Sequence record: DRR723986_4928
Strand: one strand, 5' to 3'
Length of the DNA: 64,000 nt
Below, one piece after another: positions 40,675 to 52,663 of this stretch (positions are counted from its first letter, which is position 1; the number at the start of each line of letters is the position of its first letter). The notes under the pieces were generated by a model. The model was not told where the DNA came from and ran no database searches. It saw nothing but the letters and a program-made list of their open reading frames with translations. Position numbers and translations under genes: made by a program.

Positions 40675-41816
40675 GGGGACACCTCCGCTGTAGGGTTACT
40701 GTCTTTCTGAGGCCCAGACGCGCCATCCGCAGTTTTGGCCTTGCCGGAGCGCCGGCGGGTGCCGCGCTTTCTCGGGCCTTTGCCACCATACATCATGGAC
40801 AGCAACAGGCCTTCCCGCAGCCCCCTGTCTCCAACCCGCAAGCGGTCGCCCGGGAAGGCATCCCAGATCGACTGCATGATTGCACAGCCGGACAACATGA
40901 GGCCGGCCCTTTCTTCTCCGATGGTAGGCAGCGTGGCGCGTCCTTCCAGCCCGAGGTCGCGCAGCAGTTTTACCGCCGCGTCCGCCTCTTCGCGGCTCAT
41001 CCAGCTGCCATCGACCTTATCGCGCCGGTAGCGGTCGAGTTTGAGGTGAACCCCTGCAAGACAGGTAACCGTGCCGGAAGTGCCGATCAGATGGGAGCCG
41101 TCCTGCCCCATGGCCCGGCTGACGCGTTCGGTTCCCTTCCAGGCGCGGATCACTTCGCCGCAATAGTCGAGCATGGCGGGAAACGCCTCTTTTTCCGGCA
41201 GGTGTCCGAACCGCTCGTGCAGCGTAACCACGCCAAGTGGCAGGCTGGTCCAGTCCTGGATCGGAGCGCGTTTGACCAGACCGTGAGAGCCGCCTTCGCG
41301 GGCAATCTTGGCGTTGACCCAGGACAATTCCGTCGAACCCCCGCCGATATCGACAACAAGAACCGTCTTGGCATCTTCGGCCATAAGGTCGTGGCAGCCA
41401 ATCGTCGCCAGACGCGCCTCTTCCTTTGCGTTAATGATCTTGAAGGTAAGGCCGGTTTCTTCGTGGACGCGCCGGATGAAATCTGCCCCATTTTCCGCTT
41501 GCCGGCAGGCTTCGGTCGCGATGCAACGCACACGCCCCACGCCATGGTTCTTCAGCTTCCGGCGAATTGCCTTCAAGGCGTCCAGCGCTCGCTCAATGGC
41601 GGCATCAGACAGTCGGCCGGTTTCGTGCAGCCCCTCGCCCAGACGGGCTATCTGGGAATGCGAATCGACGACGCGGAAGGATTTCCCCCACGGCTCCGCC
41701 ACGAGCAGGCGGCAATTATTTGTTCCAAGGTCAACAGCCGCATAAAGCGGTCCATTGCGCCCTTTGCGCGAACCACGCCGGTTACCCCGACGGTTCGCCG
41801 CTTTTTTGTCAGCCAT
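40671..41816 (-). CDS. ppx: Ppx/GppA family phosphatase
   Basis: DLGTNNCRL, ATEACR, EEA, DIGGGSTE, GLREG. Confidence 0.88.
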   Translation of the reverse strand: MADKKAANRRGNRRGSRKGRNGPLYAAVDLGTNNCRLLVAEPWGKSFRVVDSHSQIARLGEGLHETGRLSDAAIERALDALKAIRRKLKNHGVGRVRCIATEACRQAENGADFIRRVHEETGLTFKIINAKEEARLATIGCHDLMAEDAKTVLVVDIGGGSTELSWVNAKIAREGGSHGLVKRAPIQDWTSLPLGVVTLHERFGHLPEKEAFPAMLDYCGEVIRAWKGTERVSRAMGQDGSHLIGTSGTVTCLAGVHLKLDRYRRDKVDGSWMSREEADAAVKLLRDLGLEGRATLPTIGEERAGLMLSGCAIMQSIWDAFPGDRLRVGDRGLREGLLLSMMYGGKGPRKRGTRRRSGKAKTADGASGPQKDSNPTAEVSP

Positions 41817-41867
41817 GATGTGGCCCAAACTGAGTTCTTGGGGCAATCTCTACCACAGGAGACGTAA

Positions 41868-42320
41868 ATGACCAGTAGACGTAGCCTGTTGGGATGGTTG
41901 ACCGGGGGACGCGGCCGCAAGCGCAAGCCGTCCGCCGATACGCCGTATGTGCTGGATCGTCCGGTTGACCGGAACGTCAGCTACAATGCTGTTTCCACCT
42001 TTACGGCGAAATACCAGATCGGCCAGGTCGTCCGTCACCGCCACTTCCCGTTCCGCGGCATCATCTTCGATGTGGATCCGCAGTTTGCGAACACAGACGA
42101 ATGGTACGAGGCGATCCCGGAAGAAGTGCGGCCTCGAAAGGACCAGCCCTTTTACCACCTCTTCGCAGAGAACGAGCGCACCCACTACATAGCCTATGTG
42201 TCCGAACAAAACCTCGTGCCGGATGACTCGGCACAACCGCTCAGTCATCCCGACATCCAGGAATGGTTCAATGTGACGTCCCGCGGCACGTATGAGCTGA
42301 AAAAGGGCGTCGCCAACTAG
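41868..42320 (+). CDS. hspQ: Heat shock protein HspQ
   Basis: KYQIGQVVRHR.FPFRG.IFDVDP, QPFYHL.AEN, AYVSEQNL. Confidence 0.92.
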   Translation: MTSRRSLLGWLTGGRGRKRKPSADTPYVLDRPVDRNVSYNAVSTFTAKYQIGQVVRHRHFPFRGIIFDVDPQFANTDEWYEAIPEEVRPRKDQPFYHLFAENERTHYIAYVSEQNLVPDDSAQPLSHPDIQEWFNVTSRGTYELKKGVAN

Positions 42321-42323
42321 GTG

Positions 42324-42509
42324 TTAGTTTGCCGGGCCGTCTACCGGCTTGTCGCCATTTTCCAGAATGACAATCACCTCGTCCCAGTGCGCCAGCGCCT
42401 CGGTATCCCCCTGAGCAGCCACTTCTGCGGCGCGCAAAGTCGCGATCACGGCCGCATCTTCGCCGTACTGGGCGGTCAGTTGGGCGGCAATGCGCGCGGC
42501 TTCACTCAT
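42324..42509 (-). CDS. Small hypothetical protein, 61 aa
   Basis: ATGA overlap with hldE stop; plausible helical sequence. Confidence 0.65.
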   Translation of the reverse strand: MSEAARIAAQLTAQYGEDAAVIATLRAAEVAAQGDTEALAHWDEVIVILENGDKPVDGPAN

Positions 42510-43972
42510 GTTTCGCCAGCCTTGGCCCGCGCAATCGCTGCCGTTGTGGACTGGCCATCCAGCGTTGGCACGATGTGGACGGTTCCGCCGCGCGCAAGCA
42601 CCACATCCGCCCCGACGATCGTGTCCAGCGTGTAGTCACCGCCTTTAACGAGCAGATCAGGCTGCAACGCTTCGATCAGTGCGGCGGGGGTGTCGTCGTC
42701 AAAGACAACAACGGCGTCCACAACTGTCAGCCCTGAAAGGACACGCGCACGGGATTCCGCATCATTGACCGGCCGCGTCGGCCCTTTGAGTCGCTTGACC
42801 GAGGCATCGGAATTCAAGCCGACGATCAGGCGGCCGCAGCGGCTCTTGGCCTCTTCCAGCACTTTCAGGTGCCCAGGATGCAGGATGTCGAAACAGCCAT
42901 TGGTGAAACCGACCGTCAGGCCGGCGTCGCGCCAGATCGAAACCTGTGAAAGCGCGGTTTCGAGAGGGATATGGCTGACCCCGCCATGGTCCAGACCCAT
43001 TTCGAGCGCGCCGCGCAACTCGTCTGCCGACACTGTTGCCGTGCCGGATTTGCCGACGGCGATACCGGAGGCCGCGATTGCCAGATCAACGGCCTGCCCG
43101 AGCGTGCCTCCAGCGGCCAATCCGAGTGCAAGCGCGGCAATCGACGTATCTCCCGCTCCCGACACGTCATAGACCTCACGTGCCTTCCCGGCCCTGTGGA
43201 CCACGTCGCCATGTTTCGTGATGAACGACATGCCTTTGGCCGCACGGGTCACGACCACAGCCTTTGCTGGCAAGGTTTTGCTCGCCGCAACAAGGGCGGC
43301 AGCAGCGTCCTGATCAGTCTCGGTAGGCATGCCGAACGCATGGGCGAGTTCGTGGCCGTTCGGCTTGATCAGATCGACCGCGCCATAGCGGCGGAAATCG
43401 CGCCCTTTCGGATCGGCAATCACGGGAATGCCGAACGCTTCTCCGGCATCGAGTGCCGCCTTGATGACGCCATCCGTCATCGCCCCCTTGGCATAGTCCG
43501 ACAGGATGATGAGGGCAGCATCCGAGGAGACCTGATGGATCGCTGACATGAGTTGGTTCTCTGTGTCCTGGCCTATGCCGGCGATCTCTTCAGCGTCCAC
43601 TCGCAACAATTGCTGAGAGCCAGCCACGAAGCGCGTCTTGAGCGTCGTGGGGCGACCGCGCATTGCGATCAGGTCGGCTTCGACATTCTGTAACTTGCCC
43701 AGTAGAGCGGCCAATTCCCGCCCCTCGGGATCGTCCCCCACAACGCCAATAAGAGCCGTATGCAGCCCGAGCGAGGCAAGGTTTCGAGCGACATTCCCGG
43801 CACCGCCCGGCATGGAGGCTTCCCGCGTCCGGCGCATGATCGGCACCGGGGCCTCGGGCGAGATGCGGGAGACGTCGCCATAAACAAAGCGGTCGAGCAT
43901 CACGTCGCCGACGCAAACGATTTTCCGCCCGGCCGCCTTCGCGATCAGGTCTATCAGGGAAGCGCGCGCCAT
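42506..43972 (-). CDS. hldE: Bifunctional heptose-7-phosphate kinase / heptose-1-phosphate adenylyltransferase
   Basis: RISPEAPVP, SDYAKG, DVSGAGD, FTNGCFDILHPGH, KGGDY. Confidence 0.95.
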   Translation of the reverse strand: MARASLIDLIAKAAGRKIVCVGDVMLDRFVYGDVSRISPEAPVPIMRRTREASMPGGAGNVARNLASLGLHTALIGVVGDDPEGRELAALLGKLQNVEADLIAMRGRPTTLKTRFVAGSQQLLRVDAEEIAGIGQDTENQLMSAIHQVSSDAALIILSDYAKGAMTDGVIKAALDAGEAFGIPVIADPKGRDFRRYGAVDLIKPNGHELAHAFGMPTETDQDAAAALVAASKTLPAKAVVVTRAAKGMSFITKHGDVVHRAGKAREVYDVSGAGDTSIAALALGLAAGGTLGQAVDLAIAASGIAVGKSGTATVSADELRGALEMGLDHGGVSHIPLETALSQVSIWRDAGLTVGFTNGCFDILHPGHLKVLEEAKSRCGRLIVGLNSDASVKRLKGPTRPVNDAESRARVLSGLTVVDAVVVFDDDTPAALIEALQPDLLVKGGDYTLDTIVGADVVLARGGTVHIVPTLDGQSTTAAIARAKAGET

Positions 43973-44081
43973 CAGCCGCTTACCGTTCCGGCCAAAAAGG
44001 AATCGGACATGCTCTACTCCGGTTTTTTTGAGGATATAGCCGCTGGCATAGTCTCGTAAAAGGCGAAGCCGCATGCAGGAT

Positions 44082-44107
44082 GGATCCAAACGGACTTGCG
44101 GTACGTA
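44082..44107 (+). promoter_or_regulatory. Candidate ECF11 (sigmaE-ChrR) promoter
   Basis: GGATCC-N16-CGTA versus TGATCC-N16-CGTA consensus; precedes photolyase-cfa, core sigmaE regulon genes. Confidence 0.6.
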
Positions 44108-44142
44108 TCTTACTTGAACGTCAACGTTTCAGGAAGATCGAG

Positions 44143-45603
44143 CTGCCTGCCTCATCTGCCCCCATTATTGTCTGGTTTCGGGAAGATTTTCGGCTTTCCG
44201 ATAACCCGGCCGTGCACGCAGCCGCCAAACAAGGCCGTCCGATAATCTGCCTCTACATACACATGGATGGGAGGAATGGCGAGCGCGGTCTCGGCGGCGC
44301 TTCGCGTTGGTGGCTCGACAAGTCCCTCAAAGCGCTCTCGCGCGATATCGAACAGCTGGGTGGACAGCTGACAGTCCGGGCGGGCGATGGCAGCGCCTGC
44401 CTGGACAAAGTGATCGACGAGACCGGAGCCGACACGGTGTACTGGAGCCGCCGCTATGGCGCCGCCGAACGTGAGACGGATGCGGAAGTCAAAGCGCACC
44501 TGAAGGATCAGGGCATTGATGCCAAGAGCTTCAATGCCCGCCTGCTTGTGGAGCCCTGGATCCTGAAAACGGGTTCGGGCGGGTTCTACAAGGTATTCAC
44601 GCCATACTGGAAAGCGCTGCGTGCCTGTTATGAAGCGCCTGAGGCCCTGCCCCGACCGAAGGACTTGTCAGGTCCAAAGGTGCATTCGCTGCCAATTGAT
44701 GTATTGGGTCTGCATCCCGAAAAACCGGACTGGTCGACTGGATTCGATGCCATGTGGTCGCCGGGAGAAGCCGGGGCCTCAAAGCGCCTCAAAGCATTCC
44801 TGGATGGTCCGGTCGATACATATCCTGAAGAGAGGGATCTTCCGGGCAAGGATGACGGAACCTCGGGTCTGTCGCCTCATCTTCGGTTTGGAGAGATTGG
44901 CCCGGCACAGATCTGGCGCGCGGTGACAGCGGCGATGGAAGCTGGACACATCAGCGAAGACGGTGGCTGGAAATTCCTGTCGGAAATTGCGTGGCGGGAA
45001 TTTTCCTACGTCCTTCTCTATCACGAACCTGATCTGGCTGAAGCGAATTACAATTCGGACTTCGATCACATGCCATGGCGAACCGACGAGGACGCATTAA
45101 AAGCTTGGCAGAGCGGGCAAACGGGATATCCAATTGTCGACGCCGGCATGCGGCAATTGTGGGAAACCGGCTGGATGCACAACCGTGTCCGGATGATCGT
45201 TGCTTCGTTCCTGACCAAACACCTGTTGCTACACTGGCAAGATGGCGAAGCATGGTTCTGGGATACGCTGGTAGACGCTGACCCTGCATCCAATCCGGCG
45301 AGTTGGCAGTGGACGGCAGGGTCCGGTGCAGACGCGGCGCCTTATTTCCGTGTGTTCAATCCGATCACGCAGGGCGAGAAATTCGATGCAGATGGCGCCT
45401 ACGTCCGGCGCTGGTGCCCGGAGATTGCTGCGCTGCCAGATAAATATCTCCACTCGCCATGGACGGCTGATGAACAGACGCTGTCGAAGGCCGGAATTAA
45501 GTTTGGCGCGGACTATCCGAACCCGCTTGTCCAACACAAACCCGCTCGCGAGCGGGCCCTTGAAGCCTACGAAACCCTTAAATCTCAACGCTCAACAGCC
45601 TGA
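44143..45603 (+). CDS. phrB: CPD DNA photolyase (start either CTG 44143 or ATG 44080)
   Basis: VWFREDFRLSDNPA, TGYPIVDAGMRQL, MHNRVRM, WQW.AG, YFRVFNP. Confidence 0.92.
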   Translation: MPASSAPIIVWFREDFRLSDNPAVHAAAKQGRPIICLYIHMDGRNGERGLGGASRWWLDKSLKALSRDIEQLGGQLTVRAGDGSACLDKVIDETGADTVYWSRRYGAAERETDAEVKAHLKDQGIDAKSFNARLLVEPWILKTGSGGFYKVFTPYWKALRACYEAPEALPRPKDLSGPKVHSLPIDVLGLHPEKPDWSTGFDAMWSPGEAGASKRLKAFLDGPVDTYPEERDLPGKDDGTSGLSPHLRFGEIGPAQIWRAVTAAMEAGHISEDGGWKFLSEIAWREFSYVLLYHEPDLAEANYNSDFDHMPWRTDEDALKAWQSGQTGYPIVDAGMRQLWETGWMHNRVRMIVASFLTKHLLLHWQDGEAWFWDTLVDADPASNPASWQWTAGSGADAAPYFRVFNPITQGEKFDADGAYVRRWCPEIAALPDKYLHSPWTADEQTLSKAGIKFGADYPNPLVQHKPARERALEAYETLKSQRSTA

Positions 45604-45702
45604 AAATGGATATCAATGAAACAGGAAATCCCGGAAATAGTTGGATTCGATGGACCATTCTGGCAAAGTGGGGCGAGTTCCCTACTGCCAGAGGGAGATG
45701 AA

Positions 45703-46929
45703 ATGACCGGGACGATAACAGCTTCGCCCAACACGATCCGGACCCTGAAAAACGTTCCGGCCAGCTTCAGGATTGCCTGTCTTGCACTCCTGAACACACA
45801 GCATGGAACGCTGGAATTCAGATTGCCCGATGACCGGCAGCTCGTGTTTCAAAACAGTCAGCCGGGACCTCATGCAATAGTATCCGTGCACGACTACAAT
45901 TTTGTCAAACGCGCCATGGCGGGCGGAGACGTCGGCTTCGCGGAAGCCTACATGGATGGTGAATGGTCGACACCTGACCTTACAGAAGTCCTGCGTTTCT
46001 TCTCGGCGAATTTTGAGGCTACTGGAAAACTTGCGGTCGGCGGCGCGGTTGTGCGCTGGGTCAATATGGTCCGCCACGTCTTTTCCAGCCGGAACACACG
46101 AGAAGGCGCGAAGAAGAACATCAAGGCCCACTACGACCTGGGTAATGATTTTTATTCCCTTTGGCTCGACCCCTCCATGACATATTCCTCAGCCGTGTTC
46201 GACAGTCCGAACATGACGATGGAACAGGGCCAGCAGGCGAAGTACCGGAACATCTGTGACCGGATCGGCGCAGGCCCAACCAGCGAAATCCTCGAAATCG
46301 GATGCGGCTGGGGCGGCTTCGCGGAATTCGCCGCAAAACAACGCGGATCGAAGGTGACTTGCCTCACCATCTCTCCCTCTCAACGTGACTATGCGATGGA
46401 GCGGATGCAGCGCGAAGGCCTGAGTGAGCGCGTCGAGATCCGTCTGGAAGATTATCGCGACCACACCGGGAAGTATGATGGCGTCGCATCCATCGAAATG
46501 TTCGAAGCCGTCGGCGAGACTTACTGGCCAAGCTACTTCGCCAAGATTTTTGAAACCCTGAAAGACAGCGGCAAGGCGGCGCTTCAGATCATTACGATTG
46601 ATGACGACCTGTTCCCGAAGTACCGCAAGCGCGTCGACTTTATTCAGCGTCATATATTTCCGGGCGGCATGCTGCCGAGCGAGAAAGCCCTGAAGGAACA
46701 GTTCCAGCTGGCCGGTTTGCGTCATGACGGTGTGACCTATTTCGGTCAGGACTATGCCCGCACCTGCCGTGAATGGTCACGCGCCTTCAATGATGCCTGG
46801 GACCAGATTGCCAAACTTGGCTTTGATGAACCCTTCCGCCGCATGTGGAACTTCTACCTCGCCTATTGCGAGGCAGGGTTCTCGGATGGGCGCATCAATG
46901 TTGGCCAGTTCCAGCTCTCAAAAGCTTGA
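45703..46929 (+). CDS. cfa: Cfa-family SAM-dependent fatty-acyl methyltransferase (possibly UfaM-like)
   Basis: NI.AHYDLGNDFY..WLD.SMTYS, LEIGCGWGG, SIEMFEAVG, IFPGG.LP, YCEAGF. Confidence 0.88.
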   Translation: MTGTITASPNTIRTLKNVPASFRIACLALLNTQHGTLEFRLPDDRQLVFQNSQPGPHAIVSVHDYNFVKRAMAGGDVGFAEAYMDGEWSTPDLTEVLRFFSANFEATGKLAVGGAVVRWVNMVRHVFSSRNTREGAKKNIKAHYDLGNDFYSLWLDPSMTYSSAVFDSPNMTMEQGQQAKYRNICDRIGAGPTSEILEIGCGWGGFAEFAAKQRGSKVTCLTISPSQRDYAMERMQREGLSERVEIRLEDYRDHTGKYDGVASIEMFEAVGETYWPSYFAKIFETLKDSGKAALQIITIDDDLFPKYRKRVDFIQRHIFPGGMLPSEKALKEQFQLAGLRHDGVTYFGQDYARTCREWSRAFNDAWDQIAKLGFDEPFRRMWNFYLAYCEAGFSDGRINVGQFQLSKA

Positions 46930-46951
46930 ATAACCCCGGGACCACTAACCC

Positions 46952-49362
<2,411 letters not shown>

Positions 49363-49833
49363 TTATTGGGGATTCCCACTTTCCGGCGCTGGCGTTTCCG
49401 GTTCTGGCTCAGCCGCAGCCTCGCCCGTTCCTTCTGCCGGTTCCATTGCAGCATCTGGTGTCGTGACACTCTCGTCCGAAAGGCCGGACTGCCCCGAGAG
49501 CAGCGGAGCCGACGGATCGAACAGATCGGTGGGTGTGCTCGGTGCAGGTGCAGTGTCCTCTGGCGCCAGCACGCGCTCAATGTCCGACCGTGTGTCGGTT
49601 TCGCGGTTGGCCAGAGTGGTCAGCGCGAGACTGGTGATGAAAAAGATCGCACCAAAAATGATGGTCGAACGCACGATAGCGCCCGCAGCACCGCGGCCAG
49701 ACAGCAGTGAGTTTGCTCCACCGCCGCCACCGCCGCCGATTCCAAGACCGCCGCCTTCCGACTTCTGAACCAGCACCAGCCCGATCATGACCAGGCAAGC
49801 GAGGATGTGGATCACCAGGATAACGTTCTGCAT
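49363..49833 (-). CDS. secG: Preprotein translocase subunit SecG with acidic/Pro-rich tail
   Basis: VLVQKSEGGGLG, two TMs; tpiA-secG-pyrG order. Confidence 0.92.
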   Translation of the reverse strand: MQNVILVIHILACLVMIGLVLVQKSEGGGLGIGGGGGGGANSLLSGRGAAGAIVRSTIIFGAIFFITSLALTTLANRETDTRSDIERVLAPEDTAPAPSTPTDLFDPSAPLLSGQSGLSDESVTTPDAAMEPAEGTGEAAAEPEPETPAPESGNPQ

Positions 49834-49919
49834 GACAAATCCGATACGTTTCGTCCAAGGCGCCCGCATATAGGCAATGCGCGCGCAGGCCAAGTGCTGC
49901 CTTCAGTCAGAATGGGAAA

Positions 49920-50663
49920 TCAGGCTTTTGCGTAAATGGCGAGAAAGTCGGTCGCCTTCAAGCTTGCACCGCCAATCAGGCCGCCATTGACGTTTTTTAC
50001 TGACAGCAAATCGCCCGCATTGTCCGGCTTCATACTGCCACCGTATAGAATCGGGACCAGGTTCGCTTCAGAACCGAACACATCCGCGAGACAGGCCCGC
50101 AGGGCGTTGTGCATTTCGTCGACTGCCTCAACGGTGGCGACATTGCCGGTGCCGATAGCCCAGACAGGCTCGTAGGCGATGACCACGCTGGCTGCAGCAG
50201 CTCCCTCAGGAAGCGATGCGCGCAGCATGCCCGTGACGACCTCAATCGCTTTTCCGCTGTCGCGTTCTGCGGCCGTTTCACCGACGCAAATGATGGGGGT
50301 GATCCCGGCGCGAAGCGCTGCAGCAGCTTGCGAAGCCACAATTTCACTCGTTTCACCATGGTCCGCGCGGCGCTCTGAATGGCCGACAATCACATAGGAG
50401 GCACCAGCATCGGCGAGCATTTCGGCGGATACGTCACCAGTATGGGCCCCGTTCTCATTGGTGTGGCAGGTTTCCCCGCCAACCTTCAGCGCTGAGCCCC
50501 GAGCCTGGTCGGCAGCCTGCATGAGAAGCGTCGCAGGAACGCAGATCAGCGCCTCGACATTTTCCTTTGCCGGGGTCACGCCACCCGCAATCGCGACGAT
50601 TTCCACCAACGAGGCGCGAAGCCCATTCATCTTCCAGTTCCCGGCAATTAGTGTCCGTGCCAT
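49920..50663 (-). CDS. tpiA: Triosephosphate isomerase
   Basis: AGNWKMN, GHSERR, AYEPVWAIGTG, GGASL. Confidence 0.98.
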   Translation of the reverse strand: MARTLIAGNWKMNGLRASLVEIVAIAGGVTPAKENVEALICVPATLLMQAADQARGSALKVGGETCHTNENGAHTGDVSAEMLADAGASYVIVGHSERRADHGETSEIVASQAAAALRAGITPIICVGETAAERDSGKAIEVVTGMLRASLPEGAAAASVVIAYEPVWAIGTGNVATVEAVDEMHNALRACLADVFGSEANLVPILYGGSMKPDNAGDLLSVKNVNGGLIGGASLKATDFLAIYAKA

Positions 50664-50746
50664 CAGCGTTACCTATCTTGATTGACTTTGCCGGGTCGCC
50701 TAGCAAGCACTGAGCCATCCTGCAAATAGTTGAAAGTACCAGCCTC

Positions 50747-52663
50747 ATGCTCGCGCTGATGAAACGCCTGACCCAATCGATTCTTGGCAAGTTCATTGCC
50801 ATGATCATCATTGCAGGCATGGCGTTCTGGGGCGTCGACCAGATTTTCAACCAGGTCCGCAACGGCCTCGGCTCCGACCTCATGGCAGCCGGAAAGTCTT
50901 CGGTGACCGTCGAAGACTTCGACCGTCGCATTGAAGTGATGCTGCGGAACGTAAACCTGCAGAACGACAACCCGATCACCAAGGATGAGGCGCTTGAGCG
51001 CGGCATGGTTGATCAGGTTCTTCAACTCGAACAATCCCAGACGACCATTCTTGGCTTTGCTTCCAAAATCGGCGTCGCACCCTCTGCAGATGCTGTGGTG
51101 GCGGAACTCCGGAAGCAGGATGCTTTCAAGAACCCGCTGACGGGTGAGCTGGATCTGGCGACATACCAGCGCGTTCTGGCGCAGAATCGATTCTCCCAGG
51201 AGGAGTACGAGGCCCAGGTCAAGAGCGATCTGACCCTTCAGACTCTCCAGACAGCGACAATCGCCGGTCTGATGGCACCGGACGTGATGAAGGCCGTCCA
51301 GTCGCGTTACCTGGCTGAATCCAGGGATGTGGCCTGGTTCATCCTCGATGCAGCCGACGTGCCGAAACCGGAAACGCCCACAGAAGAAGAAGTTCTTGCC
51401 TTCTACAATGAAAATCTAGACGCGCTGAAACAGCCGGAGCGCCGCGGGATTGATCTGGCAAAGGTTTCTGCTGATGATTTCCTGAGCCAGGTCGAAGTCA
51501 CCGAGCAGGAAGTCGCAACCATCTATGAAGCTGGCAAGTCGGAACGCTTTTCCGAACCAGAACAGCGGACATATGTCGAGATGATGTTCGACTCCCGGGA
51601 TGCTGCCCGGAATGCTTTCGGCGCCCTTGCCGGTGGCGCCGATCCATCTACCCTTCAGGGGGTTGTATCCCGCGAGTCCAAAACCTCCTTGGCCGAGGAC
51701 GTAGATGACCAGCTGCTTCGCGACGCAATGTTCGGCCCGGGCAAACAAAGCGGCGCGCTTTTCGGACCCAAGGATATGGGCGATGGCCGGTGGCTGATTG
51801 CGCGACTTGTGTCGATCCAGCCAGGCGCTGTTTTTCCGATTGAATCCGTAGCTGAAGAAATCCGTACAGGCCTGGCACGCGAACGGGCGACGCTGCTTCT
51901 GTATGACAAACTCGAAGCCCTCGACCGCTCAATCAATGCGGGTTTCGATCTGAACCAGATCGCGGAGGAACTCGGAGTTCCGGTGATATCATTCGAGCCG
52001 GTCGACAAAAATGGATACACCGAAGACGGCTTGCCAATGATCGGCTTGCTTGATGCGGGCGATGCTTTCCAGCAAGCCTTTACCATGAATGTGAACGACA
52101 CGTCCGGCCAGTTCACAAAGGATGATGTGACTTATGTCATCTCCACCCGCAAGATTGTTCCGCCTTCCACACCGGACTTCGAAGAGGTGAAGGACGATGT
52201 GCGTCAGGCGCTCATCATGCGCAATGAGGGCGAAGCGGCTCAAAAGGCGGTCCAGGCCATCAAGGACAAGATCGAAAGCGGAGCCTCAACGCTCGAAGCC
52301 GAAGCGCGCGCCGTGAATGCCGAGATCGAAACACCCCCTGCTTCGGTGACCCGGATGAACGCTGAAGACAGCGGACTGCCGAATTCAGCGATTGGTGGCA
52401 TCTTTTCCGGAAAGCCCGGCGAAGTCTTTACCTATCCCAATCGCACAGGCGACAAGTACATGATCGTTCAGCTCGAGTCTGTGAACGATCCGTCTGCAGC
52501 GGACCTCAGCGCCGCAGCCCCGAACGCTTCAAGCGTCCTGATCTCCACGCTCGATTCAGACCTGGTAGAAGCAATGGAAGCCGAAATGGCGGGTGCCGTG
52601 AAACTCCGGGTCAACAACGCAGCCTACAACGCCTACAAGGCGTCGATCTCGACAGACCAATGA
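50747..52663 (+). CDS. ppiD: PpiD-like membrane-anchored chaperone (SurA-N/rotamase)
   Basis: N-terminal TM (AFWGV), PERR and PEQR motifs; conserved position between tpiA and trpE. Confidence 0.8.
   Translation: MLALMKRLTQSILGKFIAMIIIAGMAFWGVDQIFNQVRNGLGSDLMAAGKSSVTVEDFDRRIEVMLRNVNLQNDNPITKDEALERGMVDQVLQLEQSQTTILGFASKIGVAPSADAVVAELRKQDAFKNPLTGELDLATYQRVLAQNRFSQEEYEAQVKSDLTLQTLQTATIAGLMAPDVMKAVQSRYLAESRDVAWFILDAADVPKPETPTEEEVLAFYNENLDALKQPERRGIDLAKVSADDFLSQVEVTEQEVATIYEAGKSERFSEPEQRTYVEMMFDSRDAARNAFGALAGGADPSTLQGVVSRESKTSLAEDVDDQLLRDAMFGPGKQSGALFGPKDMGDGRWLIARLVSIQPGAVFPIESVAEEIRTGLARERATLLLYDKLEALDRSINAGFDLNQIAEELGVPVISFEPVDKNGYTEDGLPMIGLLDAGDAFQQAFTMNVNDTSGQFTKDDVTYVISTRKIVPPSTPDFEEVKDDVRQALIMRNEGEAAQKAVQAIKDKIESGASTLEAEARAVNAEIETPPASVTRMNAEDSGLPNSAIGGIFSGKPGEVFTYPNRTGDKYMIVQLESVNDPSAADLSAAAPNASSVLISTLDSDLVEAMEAEMAGAVKLRVNNAAYNAYKASISTDQ

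Noticed and set aside
49718..49756. Poly-Gly (GGC/GGT) tract and long tail in secG
   Set aside because: The Gly-rich loop and low-complexity tail are normal for SecG in this group
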